Positions 18,751 to 30,087 of a DNA stretch of 64,000 nucleotides are shown here, piece after piece. Numbering within the stretch: the first letter of the stretch is position 1; each line of letters opens with the position of its first letter. A model generated the notes under the pieces. The model made no database searches, was not told the DNA's origin, and saw only the letters and a list, made by a program, of their open reading frames with translations. The position numbers and the translations under genes are program-made. This stretch comes from Planctomycetota bacterium (GTDB lineage: Bacteria > Planctomycetota > PLA2 > JAEUHO01), in the NCBI GenBank assembly GCA_050248855.1, contig JBFWRP010000005.1, positions 96,001 through 160,000 of the forward strand. Reading direction: 5' to 3'.

Positions 18751-21490
18751 GGATCAGCTCGCCGTGGCCGGCCTGGGCCAAGAGGGCCAGCTGGGGAAGG
18801 TCCACGTTGAGCAGGCCGATGGCCACGACGTTCAGGCGCACCTTGGTGAAGCGCTGCACGTCTTCCATCCAGGAGATCAGCTCGGGCATGGACGTGATCT
18901 CGCCGCGCGTCGGCCGTCCGTCGGTCACGAACCAGACGGTGTCGGGGCCGTCCACGAGCGGTGCGTCCAGCGTGGGGCGATCCCCGAGGCCCAGGGCGGC
19001 CTTCAGCGCGCCGTGGAAGTTGGTCTCGCCATCGGGCCGCTGGCGATCGAGCTCGGTCAGCGCGGCACGCACGTTGCCGGCCGAAGCCGGCACGAGGCGT
19101 CCCTTCCACGTGCGGACGGCGCTGTCGAAGAAGACGAAGTCCATCTCCGTCCGCGGGTCGAGCCGCTCGATGGTGCCGCGGAGCGCTGCCTTGGCGAGCT
19201 CCATGCGCGTGCCCTCCGTGGGCAGACCCCCCAGGCGCACCGCGTCGGCCGCGGGCACCTTCATCGTGAGCTCCATGGACGCACTGGTGTCCAGCACGAA
19301 GGCCACGCGGCGCGAGTAGAAGCGGTGGCCGTAGTGGTGCGGCTCGTCCTCGGGCGGAGGCGGGGGCGCGTAACGGTCGTCGTCCCGCGAGGGCTCCCGC
19401 GCGGGTGGCGGCGGCAGGCCGCCGAGGCGCTCGACCTCCGCCTTCCACCAGCGCGCCCAGGCCTCCGCGTCGGGGCCCTCGTCGTGATCGGTCAGCTGTT
19501 TCAGCGCCACGAGCAGGTCGCCCCGGAGCCGACCGTCCTCCGTGCGCAGACGCTCGATCAGCGGCGCCACGGCCTCGCTGGTGCCGAGCACGCCGAGCGC
19601 CCGGGCGGCCGTCAGGCGCACTTGCCAGGCGCGGTGGTCGAGGCGCGCCACCAGCACCTTCGTGGCGTCGGCGCTGCGGCCGGGGAAGCGCAGGAGGGCG
19701 TCGGCGATCGAGAGGAACGCCCGCGGCTCCATGTCGTCGAGCGCCGCCAGGAGCGGCGCCCGGCTGGCGCGGTCGGCGATCGCCGCGAGCGCCCACGCCG
19801 CGTTGGCCCGCACGAGGGGCTGGCGGTCGGCGAGGAGCTGCTCCAACGGGAAGCGCGCGTCCGCAAGAGCCAGCTTGCCGAGAACGCGCGCCAGGCCCGC
19901 CCGCACGAGGGGCCGACGATTCTGCTGCAGCTCGACGACCAGCTGCGCGAGGCAGCTCGCGTCCTCGGTCTTGGCCAAGAGCAGGACGATGCTCTCGCGC
20001 ACGAGGTCCGAGCGGTGCTCGAGCAACGGCAGCAGCACGGGCACCTGCTCGGGCAGCGTCACGCGCTCCACGCCGCGCACGTACCCGGCGATCCACGTGG
20101 GCTCGTCGTGGGCCGCGAGCTGCTCGGCGATGCGGTCCGCCCGCGGCGGGCCCTCCTCGTCGCTGGCGGCGCCCAGGTGGGCCAGATCGCCCTTCACGAA
20201 CGCCTTCCAGCGCGCGTCGTACGCCTCGGGCGACTCGCCGAGCACGTCGCGGAAGGCCGCGGTCTCGTCCCGGCCCTCCCGGAGCGCTCCGAGCAGGGAC
20301 CGCCAGCGCTCGCGGTCGTCGCGCAGGCCCGTCTCGACCAGCGACCACGCGCGCAAGTGGTCGGCCCAGTCGAGGTCGGACAACGAGGTCTTGGCGAAGA
20401 AGGACTCGATCGGCTCCAACGGCTTCTTGAGCAGCAGGTCCAAGCGGTGCGGCCACGCATCACGAGGACCGTTGGCCCCGCCTTTCTCGCCCACGCAGTA
20501 GGTCGCGTAGTCCGCCTGCAGGGCCGGCAGCTTCTGCAGCGTGTGCGCGGCGCCGCACCAGGCCCAGCGCGGGCAGCGATCCTCGAAGCCGTTGGCCAAG
20601 AGCCAGCAGGAGAAGGCGATGTGGCCGATCTGGTGGCGGATGTAGCCGTGGACGTTGCGGTCGCTCGTCTCCTTCTGCGCGCTCACGACCAAGCCGTTGC
20701 CGCAGAAGCCATCCGCAATGCGGTCGTTGTAGGCGTACGCGTAGTTCATGTGGATGCCGGGACCGCCGAAGTAGCGCGCACCGATGGCGTCGAACTCCCG
20801 CGGCGAGTCCACGACGTAGATCGCCGTGGGGCGGTCCTCCACGAGCGTCCCGCCGAAGAGGTGCAGGAAGTCGGCGCGCGCGCGTTCGCCTCGCTCCAGG
20901 GTCAGGTGGGCGACTTCGTGCGCCGACATGAGGCGTCGCGTGTTCTTGTTCGTGACGACCTTCAGCTTCTTGTGCAGGTTGGTGACCACGTAGAAGTGCG
21001 GCGACCAGGCGACGACGAGCTCGCCGCCCAAGGTCGTGGCCTCGGCGTCCCGTCGCGTTGCCAGCTTCGCCGTGACCGTCGGGTCGCGCGGGACGAGTGC
21101 ATCGCAGTCGGTGGTGGTCGCGTCGCAGACGGAGCAACGGATGCCCCAGGCCCAGGCGTGGCGCTTCCAGAACGACGCCTCGTCCCGCGCGCTCCAGCAG
21201 GCGTGCGGCTGGTCCAGGGGCGGCGGCCGCGTGCGGCAGTCGCCGCCGGACAGCTCGAACCCGCACGCGGAGTCGTCTTCGGGCCCCGGGAAGGGCGCCC
21301 GCAGGTAGGCCCACGTGGACTGGCCTTGGTGGCAGAGGCAGCGCCCCGGGACGCGCTTCTCCTCCCAGGCGTCGCCCCGCGCGGCCGGTGGCAGCCACGC
21401 CAGCAGCAGCACGCCGAACCCGACGCCCGCGATCAGCACCGCGAGCCGCGGGCCGCGGCGGACAGGGGCGTGCGGGCGAGGAGGTTCCAT
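18734..21490 (-). CDS. Exported Cys-rich / HEAT-repeat / VWA domain protein
   Basis: N-terminal hydrophobic segment, Cys-rich domain, HEAT repeats (PLVRANAAWALAAI; WQVRLTAARALGVL) and a C-terminal VWA domain with MIDAS FVLDTSASM, TNF and VTDG. Confidence 0.85.
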   Translation of the reverse strand: MEPPRPHAPVRRGPRLAVLIAGVGFGVLLLAWLPPAARGDAWEEKRVPGRCLCHQGQSTWAYLRAPFPGPEDDSACGFELSGGDCRTRPPPLDQPHACWSARDEASFWKRHAWAWGIRCSVCDATTTDCDALVPRDPTVTAKLATRRDAEATTLGGELVVAWSPHFYVVTNLHKKLKVVTNKNTRRLMSAHEVAHLTLERGERARADFLHLFGGTLVEDRPTAIYVVDSPREFDAIGARYFGGPGIHMNYAYAYNDRIADGFCGNGLVVSAQKETSDRNVHGYIRHQIGHIAFSCWLLANGFEDRCPRWAWCGAAHTLQKLPALQADYATYCVGEKGGANGPRDAWPHRLDLLLKKPLEPIESFFAKTSLSDLDWADHLRAWSLVETGLRDDRERWRSLLGALREGRDETAAFRDVLGESPEAYDARWKAFVKGDLAHLGAASDEEGPPRADRIAEQLAAHDEPTWIAGYVRGVERVTLPEQVPVLLPLLEHRSDLVRESIVLLLAKTEDASCLAQLVVELQQNRRPLVRAGLARVLGKLALADARFPLEQLLADRQPLVRANAAWALAAIADRASRAPLLAALDDMEPRAFLSIADALLRFPGRSADATKVLVARLDHRAWQVRLTAARALGVLGTSEAVAPLIERLRTEDGRLRGDLLVALKQLTDHDEGPDAEAWARWWKAEVERLGGLPPPPAREPSRDDDRYAPPPPPEDEPHHYGHRFYSRRVAFVLDTSASMELTMKVPAADAVRLGGLPTEGTRMELAKAALRGTIERLDPRTEMDFVFFDSAVRTWKGRLVPASAGNVRAALTELDRQRPDGETNFHGALKAALGLGDRPTLDAPLVDGPDTVWFVTDGRPTRGEITSMPELISWMEDVQRFTKVRLNVVAIGLLNVDLPQLALLAQAGHGELIHVPEE

Positions 21491-21590
21491 GGGCAAGACC
21501 CGTGAACGCGTGCGGACGTACCGTGTCCGATGGACGTGCCGGCCCAGCCTAGCCTCCTCGCAGGCGGGGCGGCCGGCCACGGAGGTCCCG

Positions 21591-22436
21591 ATGCAAGCCC
21601 GACTCCCGATTCGCCCTGGTCCCCGCATGCTTGCGGCGCTGGCCCTGCTCGCCCTGGCTGCGCCCGGCGCTGCACCGGCCCACGCCGAGGACGGTCGTCC
21701 CTTCCACGTGGTGTCGGGCTACCTCGACGAACCCGTGCTCGGCGCACGGCGCGTCGAAATGGAGGGCTTCCTCGGCGGCAACGCGATCCTCGAGCTGGAT
21801 CCCAACCGTTGCCAGCTGGACGAGTTCGGCGACCCCGGTGTCTGCACGCGCATGGCCGCACGTCGCCTCGAGGTCACGCTGCACCGCGCCAAGCTGGCCG
21901 ACCCGCGCGGGCACGGCCGCGCGCTCTACGGGATCGCGGGCCTGCCCCGCGAGGGCGAGACCTCGCCGGGCCCCAAGCTGTTTCTCGTCGCGCCGCCGGC
22001 CGGCTCACCCGACACGTGGCGTCTGGTCGTGGACGGAGGGGACGCCGGCCGACGGGTCGTGCTGCTCGAAGCGCGCCCGCCCGCGCCGGGGGGTGGCGCT
22101 GCACCGCGTCCGCCGGCCGTCGACCCCGAGCCCGAGCCCGGCCCGCAGCCCCTCTGCAGCAACGTGAGCTACACGGCGCGCTGGGCCGACGGCCAGGTGA
22201 CCATCGAGGCCCAGATGGATCTGCCCACGCCGGGCTACGAAGTGCGCTTCGAGCGCAGCCCGCTCCGCATCTGGCCGCCGCAGCACCAGCTGATCTGCAT
22301 CCCGCCCGACGGCTTGGTCATCCAAGTCATCACCCCGGCGACCGTCACCACCACCTTCGCGGCCGCCGAACCACCCGCCGAAGTCATCGTCCGCGACCGC
22401 CAAGGCGCGCACCGCGTGCCGGTGACGACGAAGTAG
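21591..22436 (+). CDS. Hypothetical exported two-domain protein
   Basis: GGAGG RBS, signal peptide ending AHA-ED, and a Pro-rich linker between two domains. Confidence 0.72.
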   Translation: MQARLPIRPGPRMLAALALLALAAPGAAPAHAEDGRPFHVVSGYLDEPVLGARRVEMEGFLGGNAILELDPNRCQLDEFGDPGVCTRMAARRLEVTLHRAKLADPRGHGRALYGIAGLPREGETSPGPKLFLVAPPAGSPDTWRLVVDGGDAGRRVVLLEARPPAPGGGAAPRPPAVDPEPEPGPQPLCSNVSYTARWADGQVTIEAQMDLPTPGYEVRFERSPLRIWPPQHQLICIPPDGLVIQVITPATVTTTFAAAEPPAEVIVRDRQGAHRVPVTTK

Positions 22437-22444
22437 CCTCGGCG

Positions 22445-24070
22445 CTACTCCCGCGCCGAGGCGGGTACGCTCACGCCCTTGTGGGCGAGGGCGGCCTCGA
22501 TGAAGCCGCGGAAGAGCGGATGCGGGCGCGTCGGCTTGCTCTTGAACTCGGGGTGGAACTGCACGCCGATGAAGTAGGGGTGGTCGGCCAGCTCGACGAT
22601 CTCGACGAGGTTGCGCTCGGGGTTGATGCCCGCGATCACGAGCCCCGCCGCTTCGAGCCGCTCGCGGTAGGCGTTGTTGAACTCGTAGCGGTGGCGGTGC
22701 CGCTCGGTAATCGACTCGTCGCCGTAGAGCGAGCGGGCCCGCGTGCCGGCGCGCAGCAAGCAGCGGTAGCCACCCAGGCGCATGGTGCCGCCCTTCTCGA
22801 GACCCTCCTGGTCCGGCATGAGGTCGATGACCGGATGCGGAGAGTCCGGGTTGAACTCAGCCGAGTCGGCGCCCTCGAGCCCCGCGACGTTGCGCGCGAA
22901 CTCGATGACCGCGCACTGCATGCCCAGGCACAGGCCCAGGAACGGCACGTTGTTCTCGCGGGCCCAGCGGATCGCGGCGATCTTGCCCTCGATCCCGCGC
23001 TTGCCGAAGCCACCCGGGACGACCACGCCGTGCACGCCGCCGAGCCGCTCGGCGATGTTGCCGGGCTTCAGGTCCTCGCTGCCGACACGGCGGATGCGGA
23101 CCTTGTGCTCGCAGGCGAACCCGCCGTGGGCGAGCGACTCGTTGACGCTCTTGTAGGCGTCGCCGAGCTCGATGTACTTGCCCACGAGGGCGACTTCGAC
23201 CTGACCGCGCGGGTTGCGGATCCGTTCCAACAGCTCGTGGTAGCGCTCGAGCTCGAGCTCGCCTGCGGGTAGGGACAAGCGGTCCACGATGAGCCGGTCC
23301 AGGCGCTGCTCGGCCAGCATCTGGGGCAGCTCGTAGATGCTGGTGGGCACGTCCTGCTCTTCCACGACGCAGCCAGTGGGCACGTTGCAGAACAGCGAGA
23401 GCTTCTTCTTCATCTCGTCATCGAGCGGGAGCTCGGTGCGGCAGATGAGCACGTCGGGCTGGATGCCGATCTCGCGCAGCTTCTGCACGCTGTGCTGGCT
23501 CGGCTTGCTCTTGAGCTCGCCGCTGGTGCGCAAGTACGGGATGTACGTGAGGTGCGCGACCATGGCGTTCTCGCGGCCCACGTCCAGCAGGAACTGGCGA
23601 ATGGCCTCGAGGAACGGCAGGCCCTCGATGTCGCCGACGGTGCCGCCGAGCTCGCAGATGAGCACGTCGGCATCGCCTGCGCCGCGGCGGATCGCGGCCT
23701 TGATCTCGTCGGTGACGTGCGGGATCACCTGGACCGTGCGCCCGAGGTAGTCGCCGCGCCGCTCCTTGGCGATGATCGTGGAGTAGATCTTGCCGGTCGT
23801 GTAGTTGCTGTCCTTCGTGAGGATCGCGCCCGACGTGAACCGCTCGTAGTGGCCGAGGTCGAGGTCGGTCTCGGCGCCGTCCTCGGTGACGTAGACCTCG
23901 CCGTGCTGGTAGGGCGACATCGTGCCCGGGTCGACGTTGAGGTAGGGGTCCAGCTTCTGGTGCTGGATCTTGAGGCCCCGGCCCTCCAAGAGAAGGCCCA
24001 TGGCGGCGGACGTCAGCCCCTTGCCGAGGCTCGAGACGACCCCGCCAGTCACGAAGATGTACTTCGTCAC
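22445..24070 (-). CDS. pyrG: CTP synthase
   Basis: [31 protein letters not shown] and QFHPEF motifs. Confidence 0.97.
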   Translation of the reverse strand: MTKYIFVTGGVVSSLGKGLTSAAMGLLLEGRGLKIQHQKLDPYLNVDPGTMSPYQHGEVYVTEDGAETDLDLGHYERFTSGAILTKDSNYTTGKIYSTIIAKERRGDYLGRTVQVIPHVTDEIKAAIRRGAGDADVLICELGGTVGDIEGLPFLEAIRQFLLDVGRENAMVAHLTYIPYLRTSGELKSKPSQHSVQKLREIGIQPDVLICRTELPLDDEMKKKLSLFCNVPTGCVVEEQDVPTSIYELPQMLAEQRLDRLIVDRLSLPAGELELERYHELLERIRNPRGQVEVALVGKYIELGDAYKSVNESLAHGGFACEHKVRIRRVGSEDLKPGNIAERLGGVHGVVVPGGFGKRGIEGKIAAIRWARENNVPFLGLCLGMQCAVIEFARNVAGLEGADSAEFNPDSPHPVIDLMPDQEGLEKGGTMRLGGYRCLLRAGTRARSLYGDESITERHRHRYEFNNAYRERLEAAGLVIAGINPERNLVEIVELADHPYFIGVQFHPEFKSKPTRPHPLFRGFIEAALAHKGVSVPASARE

Positions 24071-24122
24071 GACCGTGCTCCCACGGGTAAAGGCGAACCC
24101 TACACCCGCCCGGGCGAGGAGC

Positions 24123-24860
24123 CTACCGAGGGCCGGGGACGCCCAGTCGCGCCCGGAGGCGGGCGAGGTCGGCGGGGGTGTCGATGCCGAAGGCCGGGGC
24201 GCGGGCGCGCAGCACGCGGATGCGCCAGCCCGCTTCCAGGGCCCGCAGCTGCTCGAGCCGCTCGCGCTGCTCGCCGACCCCGGGCGGCAGCGCCGTGAAC
24301 GCCAGGAGCCCGGCCCGCGGGAACGCGTAGACGCCGAGGTGATGCAGGACCTCGGTGGCACCGCTCGCCTCTACGGTCGCGGGCGAGGGCCAGGCCCGCT
24401 GGAAGCCGACGGCAAAGCCGTCCACCGCGACGAGGGCCTTGACCGCCGAGGCGTCCGCCCGGTCGGCGTCGCCGGCGAACGGGTAGGCGAGCGTCGCGAG
24501 GTCCGCCCCTCCACCCGCCACGGCCTCCGCGAGATCCGCCAGGTCCTGCGGCTCCACGAAGGGCTCGTCGGCCTGCAGGTTGACCACGACGTCCACGTCG
24601 AGCCGGGCCGCGGCCTCCGCGCAGCGGTCCGTGCCGCTGGCGTGGTCCGGGCGGGTGCGCCAGACCTCCGCGCCGAACGCGCGGACGGCGCCCTCCACGC
24701 GCGCGTCGTCGGTCAGGACGAGCACGCGCTCCACGCCCGGGGCGGCACGCGCCCGCTCCACGGTGAGCTGCACCAGGATGCGGTCCCCCACCGGGGCGAT
24801 GACCTTCTCGGGCAGCCGCGTGCTGCCCAGGCGCGCCGGGACGAGCACCGCGTAGCGCAC
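24123..24860 (-). CDS. kdsB: 3-deoxy-manno-octulosonate cytidylyltransferase
   Basis: [34 protein letters not shown] and GIDTPAD motifs. Confidence 0.94.
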   Translation of the reverse strand: MRYAVLVPARLGSTRLPEKVIAPVGDRILVQLTVERARAAPGVERVLVLTDDARVEGAVRAFGAEVWRTRPDHASGTDRCAEAAARLDVDVVVNLQADEPFVEPQDLADLAEAVAGGGADLATLAYPFAGDADRADASAVKALVAVDGFAVGFQRAWPSPATVEASGATEVLHHLGVYAFPRAGLLAFTALPPGVGEQRERLEQLRALEAGWRIRVLRARAPAFGIDTPADLARLRARLGVPGPR

Positions 24861-24867
24861 GGCCGGT

Positions 24868-25626
24868 CTAGCGGCCGAACGGCACGATGGCTTCGCCGCG
24901 CTCGACGCTGGTCACGTTGAGCGAGGCGTTCTGGTTGCGCAAGAGCATCACGGCCCGCTTGGCTTGGCTGTAGAGCGCGGGGATGTCCTTCGTGGCCGCG
25001 ATCTGGCCCTGGCCGCGCATGCTGAGGAGGGTCAGGCTCTCCCCCCCCTCTTCGATGGTGACCCGGCCGCGCGCGTTGTCCGACGTCCACTGCACGCGCT
25101 GGTAGTCCGTGGGCTGGGCGAGCCGGTCGAAGCCGCTTTGCTCGAGCCCGCGCACCAAGGCCACCATGTCGGCATCGGAGACGATGGCCGTGCGCGCGAA
25201 GCGCTCCCGGTCGGCCGCGGTGCGCGGGTTGCGGATGCGCTCGGCGTCCGGGTGGCTGGCGCTGACGAGCGTCACGAGCATCTCGGGGTCGATGCCGCCC
25301 TGCGGCCGGCGGTACTGGCTCGTCGCGTACAGCTCGCGCTCGCGGGCGAGTGCTTCCCACGTGACGCGGATCGCGACGCGCGGGCCCCCCTGGGCCGGCG
25401 GCTGGTAGTCGGGCAGCTTGTCGGCGAAGGCTGCCGCTTCGCGACGCATCTGCTCCTCACGGCGCTTGCGCGCCTCGGCCTGCTGCTTGGACTCCACGCC
25501 CTTCAGGCGGTCGAACAGCGTGGAGTCGTCGACGGGCTCGCTGGCGCAGCCGGACGCAGCCGACCCCGCTCCGAGCAAGGCCAGCGCCAACAACGCCCAG
25601 CGCACGAGCGGGGGAGAGCAGCGCAT
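24868..25626 (-). CDS. Hypothetical lipoprotein
   Basis: Hydrophobic signal ending ASGC; located just upstream of kdsB. Confidence 0.72.
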   Translation of the reverse strand: MRCSPPLVRWALLALALLGAGSAASGCASEPVDDSTLFDRLKGVESKQQAEARKRREEQMRREAAAFADKLPDYQPPAQGGPRVAIRVTWEALARERELYATSQYRRPQGGIDPEMLVTLVSASHPDAERIRNPRTAADRERFARTAIVSDADMVALVRGLEQSGFDRLAQPTDYQRVQWTSDNARGRVTIEEGGESLTLLSMRGQGQIAATKDIPALYSQAKRAVMLLRNQNASLNVTSVERGEAIVPFGR

Positions 25627-25807
25627 GGAAGACCTCCCGAACCGGGCGCCGCGGCATCCGGACGCCCGGCGCAGCACCCGCAAGACCTTCCGGGTCACGG
25701 CGTCGGAGGTCAAGGTCCGCCGGCGGACGTTCCCTGGAGGAAGGGCCGCTGGAAGCGATCCAAGGCATCATGAAGCCACGTTTGGCCTCGGAGCCCGTGA
25801 CGCCGCC

Positions 25808-27301
25808 ATGACTCGTCGACTCGTTGCCTCGTCTCGCCTGCTTCGCGTGGTGACGCTGACCGCGTGCGTGGTGCTGCTTGCCGCGCCGCATCGGGCTCAC
25901 GCCGAAGACGTGGACCTGCCGCCGGGCGTCGTCGCCCGCGTGCTCGACACCGATCTCACCTACGACCAGTTCTGCCTCACGCTCGTGACCCACGTGCTTC
26001 CCGACCTGCTCACGTCGCGCCACGGTCCACGTGCCGTGCTCGACGAGATGGCCGAGGAGCTCATGGTCCTCACGCGCTGCCGCGACCTGGGCATCGACGT
26101 GGGCGAAGAGGAGCTGAAGCGCAAGGAGAACGAGCTCGATCGCGAGATCCGCACGCGCAGCGGCGGTCGCCAGCACTTGGCCGACCTCATCAAGGAGCAG
26201 GGCCAGACCGTGACCGAGTTCCGCGCCGGCCTGCTCCACGAGCTGCGCAAGGACAAGCTGGCCAACCACCGCCTCGGCGGGACCCTCCCCGACGACGAAC
26301 ACCAGCGGTTCAACCAGGTGAAGCTCGTCATCGCGAAGATGCTCTCGGAGGCCAACGTGGTCTACGGCCTGCCCGTCGAGGAGCAGCGCGAGCCGCCCGC
26401 GCTCGGCGAGGGTGTCGTGGCGACCGTCGATGGCCACCCGATCTCACGCCTGCAGTTCGGCCGCCAGCTGGCCGTGCGCCTGCCCTCGCACGAGGTGCGC
26501 GAGTTCCTGGGCCGCGAGTGCCAGATCGGCTTGATGGCCCGGCGCGGCGCCACGCTCGACGAGGCTGCCCTCGCCGAGGAAATGGGCCGCATGCGCTCCC
26601 TCTGGGAGGTCGAGCGCTTGGTGCAGCGCGAGGTGGAGTGGTCCACGATCGGGTTCGACGACCGCTTCCGGGCGCTGTGGAAGCTGCCGCCGGGCGAGGT
26701 CGGCACCAGCCGCTTCCTCCGCGGGCTCTTCGGCCTCGTGCGCCAGATGCGTGCCACGGTCACGGAAGAGGACGCCCGCCGGGAGTACCAGGAGGGCCTC
26801 TCCACCCGCTTCGGCCCGCACGTCATCGTGACGAACATCAAGGTCGGCTTCGAGCAGGAGCGCAACCCCTTCCGCCGTGAAGGCGGCCCGTCGCGCACGC
26901 GCCGTGAGGCCATCGACCTCGCCCAGCAGGTCGTTCGACAGGTCAGCTCGAACGTGCCCTTCGACCGCGTCGTCGCCTCCATCCGCGCACGGCGGACGGC
27001 GCAGGGCCAGCCGGACCCCACCTTCACGGCGACGCGCATCCGCGTGTTCCAGGACGCCGACGAGGGCTCGCTCTGGAAGGACGTCAAGGACCTCGCCGAC
27101 GGCGAGCTTTCCGCGCCCATCGAGCGCCTCTCCGAGATCCACCTCGTGCGCCGTGAGCAGCCGGGCGCCGGCCATCCCTACGAGGAGCTGAAGGAGCTGC
27201 TTGTCGACTACGTCGCGCGCCAGAGGGCGCGCGAGTGGATCGACGAGAGCCTGCGCGACCCGGCGCGAGTACGCGTCCGCTGGCCCATGCCCGCGCCGTA
27301 G
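25808..27301 (+). CDS. Exported SurA/PrsA-like foldase (parvulin-type PPIase-like)
   Basis: Signal peptide; two VVA-x-V-x-G SurA-N-like repeats; C-terminal LADGELSAPIE...IHLVR parvulin-like motif. Confidence 0.65.
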   Translation: MTRRLVASSRLLRVVTLTACVVLLAAPHRAHAEDVDLPPGVVARVLDTDLTYDQFCLTLVTHVLPDLLTSRHGPRAVLDEMAEELMVLTRCRDLGIDVGEEELKRKENELDREIRTRSGGRQHLADLIKEQGQTVTEFRAGLLHELRKDKLANHRLGGTLPDDEHQRFNQVKLVIAKMLSEANVVYGLPVEEQREPPALGEGVVATVDGHPISRLQFGRQLAVRLPSHEVREFLGRECQIGLMARRGATLDEAALAEEMGRMRSLWEVERLVQREVEWSTIGFDDRFRALWKLPPGEVGTSRFLRGLFGLVRQMRATVTEEDARREYQEGLSTRFGPHVIVTNIKVGFEQERNPFRREGGPSRTRREAIDLAQQVVRQVSSNVPFDRVVASIRARRTAQGQPDPTFTATRIRVFQDADEGSLWKDVKDLADGELSAPIERLSEIHLVRREQPGAGHPYEELKELLVDYVARQRAREWIDESLRDPARVRVRWPMPAP

Positions 27302-27478
27302 GTACGGTCAGTGCCCGGGGTGCGCGGGTGCGGCTCGCCAGATGCGTAGCGGTTGGTGCTTGGTCCTGACGACGTCGAGTCCGGGTGGCGCGTAGGGGCG
27401 ACAAGTCGAGGGGACGGTCGGCGTCGACATCCCGTGCTCGTGGAGACGCGGAGGGGGTGGTTCACCGTCGGCGCCGGA
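27302..27478. repeat. Degenerate relative of the 50-kb MITE
   Basis: 27308-27345 matches 50001-50038 at 31/38 nt, including the exact 18-mer GTGCGGCTCGCCAGATGC. The termini are degenerate. Confidence 0.55.
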
Positions 27479-28984
27479 CTAGCGCGTGTCGAGCCACGCC
27501 TGCTCGTTGACGAACAACGGGCGGTAGCGCTCCAGCACGTTGGCCAGTGCCGCCCGGGCGCCGGCCACGTCGCCCGCCGCGGCCCGGTCCCAGAACCGGG
27601 CGTAGACGTTGTGTAGGAGACCGTTGCGCATCTCCTCGTCGTCCACCCGCTTGGCCAGCCACGTGGCAAACCAACGCTGCGCGTAGAGGTCGCGCGTGAC
27701 CCCCTCGCCGGCCCCCTTCTCGTAGAGATCGTCCAGGAAGCGCTGCCAGCGCTTGCGGTCCAGACCCTCCTGCGCACGCAGCGTGGCGTCCACGCCCTGC
27801 TCGCCGCCCAATGCATCGCGCAACAGGATGCGGGCGTTGTCCCACACGGCGCGGCTCTCCCGCTCGGAACGCACGATCCCGACCAGCGAGCCGATATAGG
27901 GGCTGTCGTCCTCGCCCCACGCTCCGGCAGCCCGTACGGCGGCGCTGCGCAGCATCGAGCTCTTGGCGTGGAACCACTGCGGCAGCTCTGCGCCGAAGGC
28001 TTCGTCGCGGGCTCCGGCCAGTGCTTCGAGCACGTGGCGGCGGACGATCTCGGTCTCCTGGGGGTCCTCGAGCATCTCCCGGAGCCGGGCGCGGAACGTG
28101 GCCACGAGGTCGGGGCGCTTGGCCAGCTCCACCGCCGCCACCTGACGGAGCAGCGGGTCGTCGTCGTGGAGGGCCGCCCGGAAGAGGGCCTCCATGGTCC
28201 CTGCGGACACCGCGTCGGGACAGGCCTTCGTGACGAACACGAGGTTGTGGACGGTCTGGAGCCCGCGCATCCTCACCTTGGCGTCGGCGTCCTCCTGCGC
28301 GAGGGCCAGGGCCTGGGCGACGCTCTCGCAGTCCTTGAACTGGACGACGGCGGCGAGCGCGCCCTCGATCATCATGCGCTCTTGGTCGTGGTGGACACGC
28401 GGATCGCCCGAGCGCACGAGGAGCGGCCGGATGCCCGGCATCAACGTCGCGTCCTCCAGCTGCCGCGCCAGCTGGATGGCATCCACGCGGGTGCGATCCC
28501 CCTCGCGGGCCAGCCACGTCGCGACGACACTCCGCACGTCGAACGCCGGGTCGTGCATCACGTCGGAACGAAACCACGGCTTCTGCGCCACCGAGGACAG
28601 GACGGCTTCGCGAACACGCGGCTCGCCGGTGCGCAGGATCTCCTCCAGCGGTTCGCGCCCCGCGATCTCGTCCAGCAAGGCAATGCACTGGCGGCGCACG
28701 CCGTACGCCTCGTCCGGCGAGCGAACGGTCCGGAGCAAGGCCGCGACGACTTCGTCGCGATCGCCCTTGCGCAGGAGCTCGCGGCCCTCCTCCTGCGTGC
28801 GCGGGTTGTCGGCGTACAGCTTGCGGATGGCCTGCTCGCTGGCGTTGCCGTAGAGGAACGCGACCCAGGCCGCAGACGCCATGAGCGTGGCCGCGACGAT
28901 GACGCCCAGGCGGCCGAGCCCGCGCTCCCGGATCGGGGACGGAGCTCGGCGCGACGAGGCATCGCTCAGCAGGGGCTCGGGCAT
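27479..28984 (-). CDS. Membrane-anchored HEAT-repeat protein
   Basis: N-terminal TM helix; HEAT-like repeats ([27 protein letters not shown]). Confidence 0.78.
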   Translation of the reverse strand: MPEPLLSDASSRRAPSPIRERGLGRLGVIVAATLMASAAWVAFLYGNASEQAIRKLYADNPRTQEEGRELLRKGDRDEVVAALLRTVRSPDEAYGVRRQCIALLDEIAGREPLEEILRTGEPRVREAVLSSVAQKPWFRSDVMHDPAFDVRSVVATWLAREGDRTRVDAIQLARQLEDATLMPGIRPLLVRSGDPRVHHDQERMMIEGALAAVVQFKDCESVAQALALAQEDADAKVRMRGLQTVHNLVFVTKACPDAVSAGTMEALFRAALHDDDPLLRQVAAVELAKRPDLVATFRARLREMLEDPQETEIVRRHVLEALAGARDEAFGAELPQWFHAKSSMLRSAAVRAAGAWGEDDSPYIGSLVGIVRSERESRAVWDNARILLRDALGGEQGVDATLRAQEGLDRKRWQRFLDDLYEKGAGEGVTRDLYAQRWFATWLAKRVDDEEMRNGLLHNVYARFWDRAAAGDVAGARAALANVLERYRPLFVNEQAWLDTR

Positions 28985-29062
28985 GGAGTCCTCCGACCAG
29001 GGCGCCCCGCCGTGCCATGGCCCCCGGCGCGGGCATCGACCCGTCGCCGGGCCCGGGGCACG

Positions 29063-30049
29063 ATGCGGTGGCAACGAGTGCGGAGTGTCCCCATTCCCGA
29101 CCCCGGCCCCCAGGAAAGCCTCATCGCCCTGGTCCTCGGGCCGGAGCACGCGGGCGCACGCTTGGACCGGGCTCTCGCCGATGCGATGCCCGGCCACAGT
29201 CGCACCACGCTCGCGCGCTGGATCCGCGAAGGGCGCGTCCACGTCGATGGCCGGGTGGCCCGACCGCGGGACGCCGTCGCGGGCGGCGAGCGCGTCGAGC
29301 TCCGCGTGCCGCCGCCGCGCGGCACGCACCTCGAGCCCGAGGACCGCCCGCTCGACATCCTCTACCAGGACGAGCACCTCCTCGTGCTCGACAAGCCGCC
29401 GGGCCTTGTGGTGCATCCCGGTCACGGCCAGCCGGACGGGACGCTGGCCAACGCACTGGTCCACGCGCTTCGCGACCTGCCGACCGGGACGGGCTCGGAT
29501 CGACCGGGCATCGTCCATCGTCTCGACAAGGACACCTCGGGCGTGATGGTCGTGGCCCGTACCGATGCTGCGCAAGCGGCGCTCGCCCGTCAGTTCGCCG
29601 AACGCATCGTCGCCAAGACGTACGTGGCCGTCGTGCACCGTGGGGACGTGGACGCCGAGGGCGAGATCGACCTCCCCATCGCCCGGTCGCGCACCCACCG
29701 CACGCGCATGGCGATCGCCGAGGAGGGGCACGGGCGGCCCGCGCGCACGCGCTACGAGGTGTTGCGCCGGCTGCCGCGCCACGCGGTTCTCGCCTGCTAC
29801 CCCGCGACGGGGCGCACGCACCAGATCCGGGTGCACCTGCGCGCGATCGGCCACCCCATCGTGGGCGATCCGTTCTACGGCCTCCACGGCGCCATCGGCG
29901 AGGGCGCCGCACCGCGGTTGCTGCTGCATGCGTGGCGGCTGGCCTTCGACCATCCGGCAACCGGCGAACGGGTCACGTTCGAGGCGCCGTGGCCGGACGA
30001 CCTCGTGCAGGCGATCGAGGCCCTCGCCGTGCTTCGGCCACGTACGTGA
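29063..30049 (+). CDS. rluD: RluA-family (RluD-like) 23S rRNA pseudouridine synthase
   Basis: S4 domain, then [23 protein letters not shown] and [10 protein letters not shown]. Exact start uncertain. Confidence 0.9.
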   Translation: MRWQRVRSVPIPDPGPQESLIALVLGPEHAGARLDRALADAMPGHSRTTLARWIREGRVHVDGRVARPRDAVAGGERVELRVPPPRGTHLEPEDRPLDILYQDEHLLVLDKPPGLVVHPGHGQPDGTLANALVHALRDLPTGTGSDRPGIVHRLDKDTSGVMVVARTDAAQAALARQFAERIVAKTYVAVVHRGDVDAEGEIDLPIARSRTHRTRMAIAEEGHGRPARTRYEVLRRLPRHAVLACYPATGRTHQIRVHLRAIGHPIVGDPFYGLHGAIGEGAAPRLLLHAWRLAFDHPATGERVTFEAPWPDDLVQAIEALAVLRPRT

Positions 30050-30087
30050 GCGGCCGCGCCGTACCCTGGCGCCCCCGGAGGACCTCG

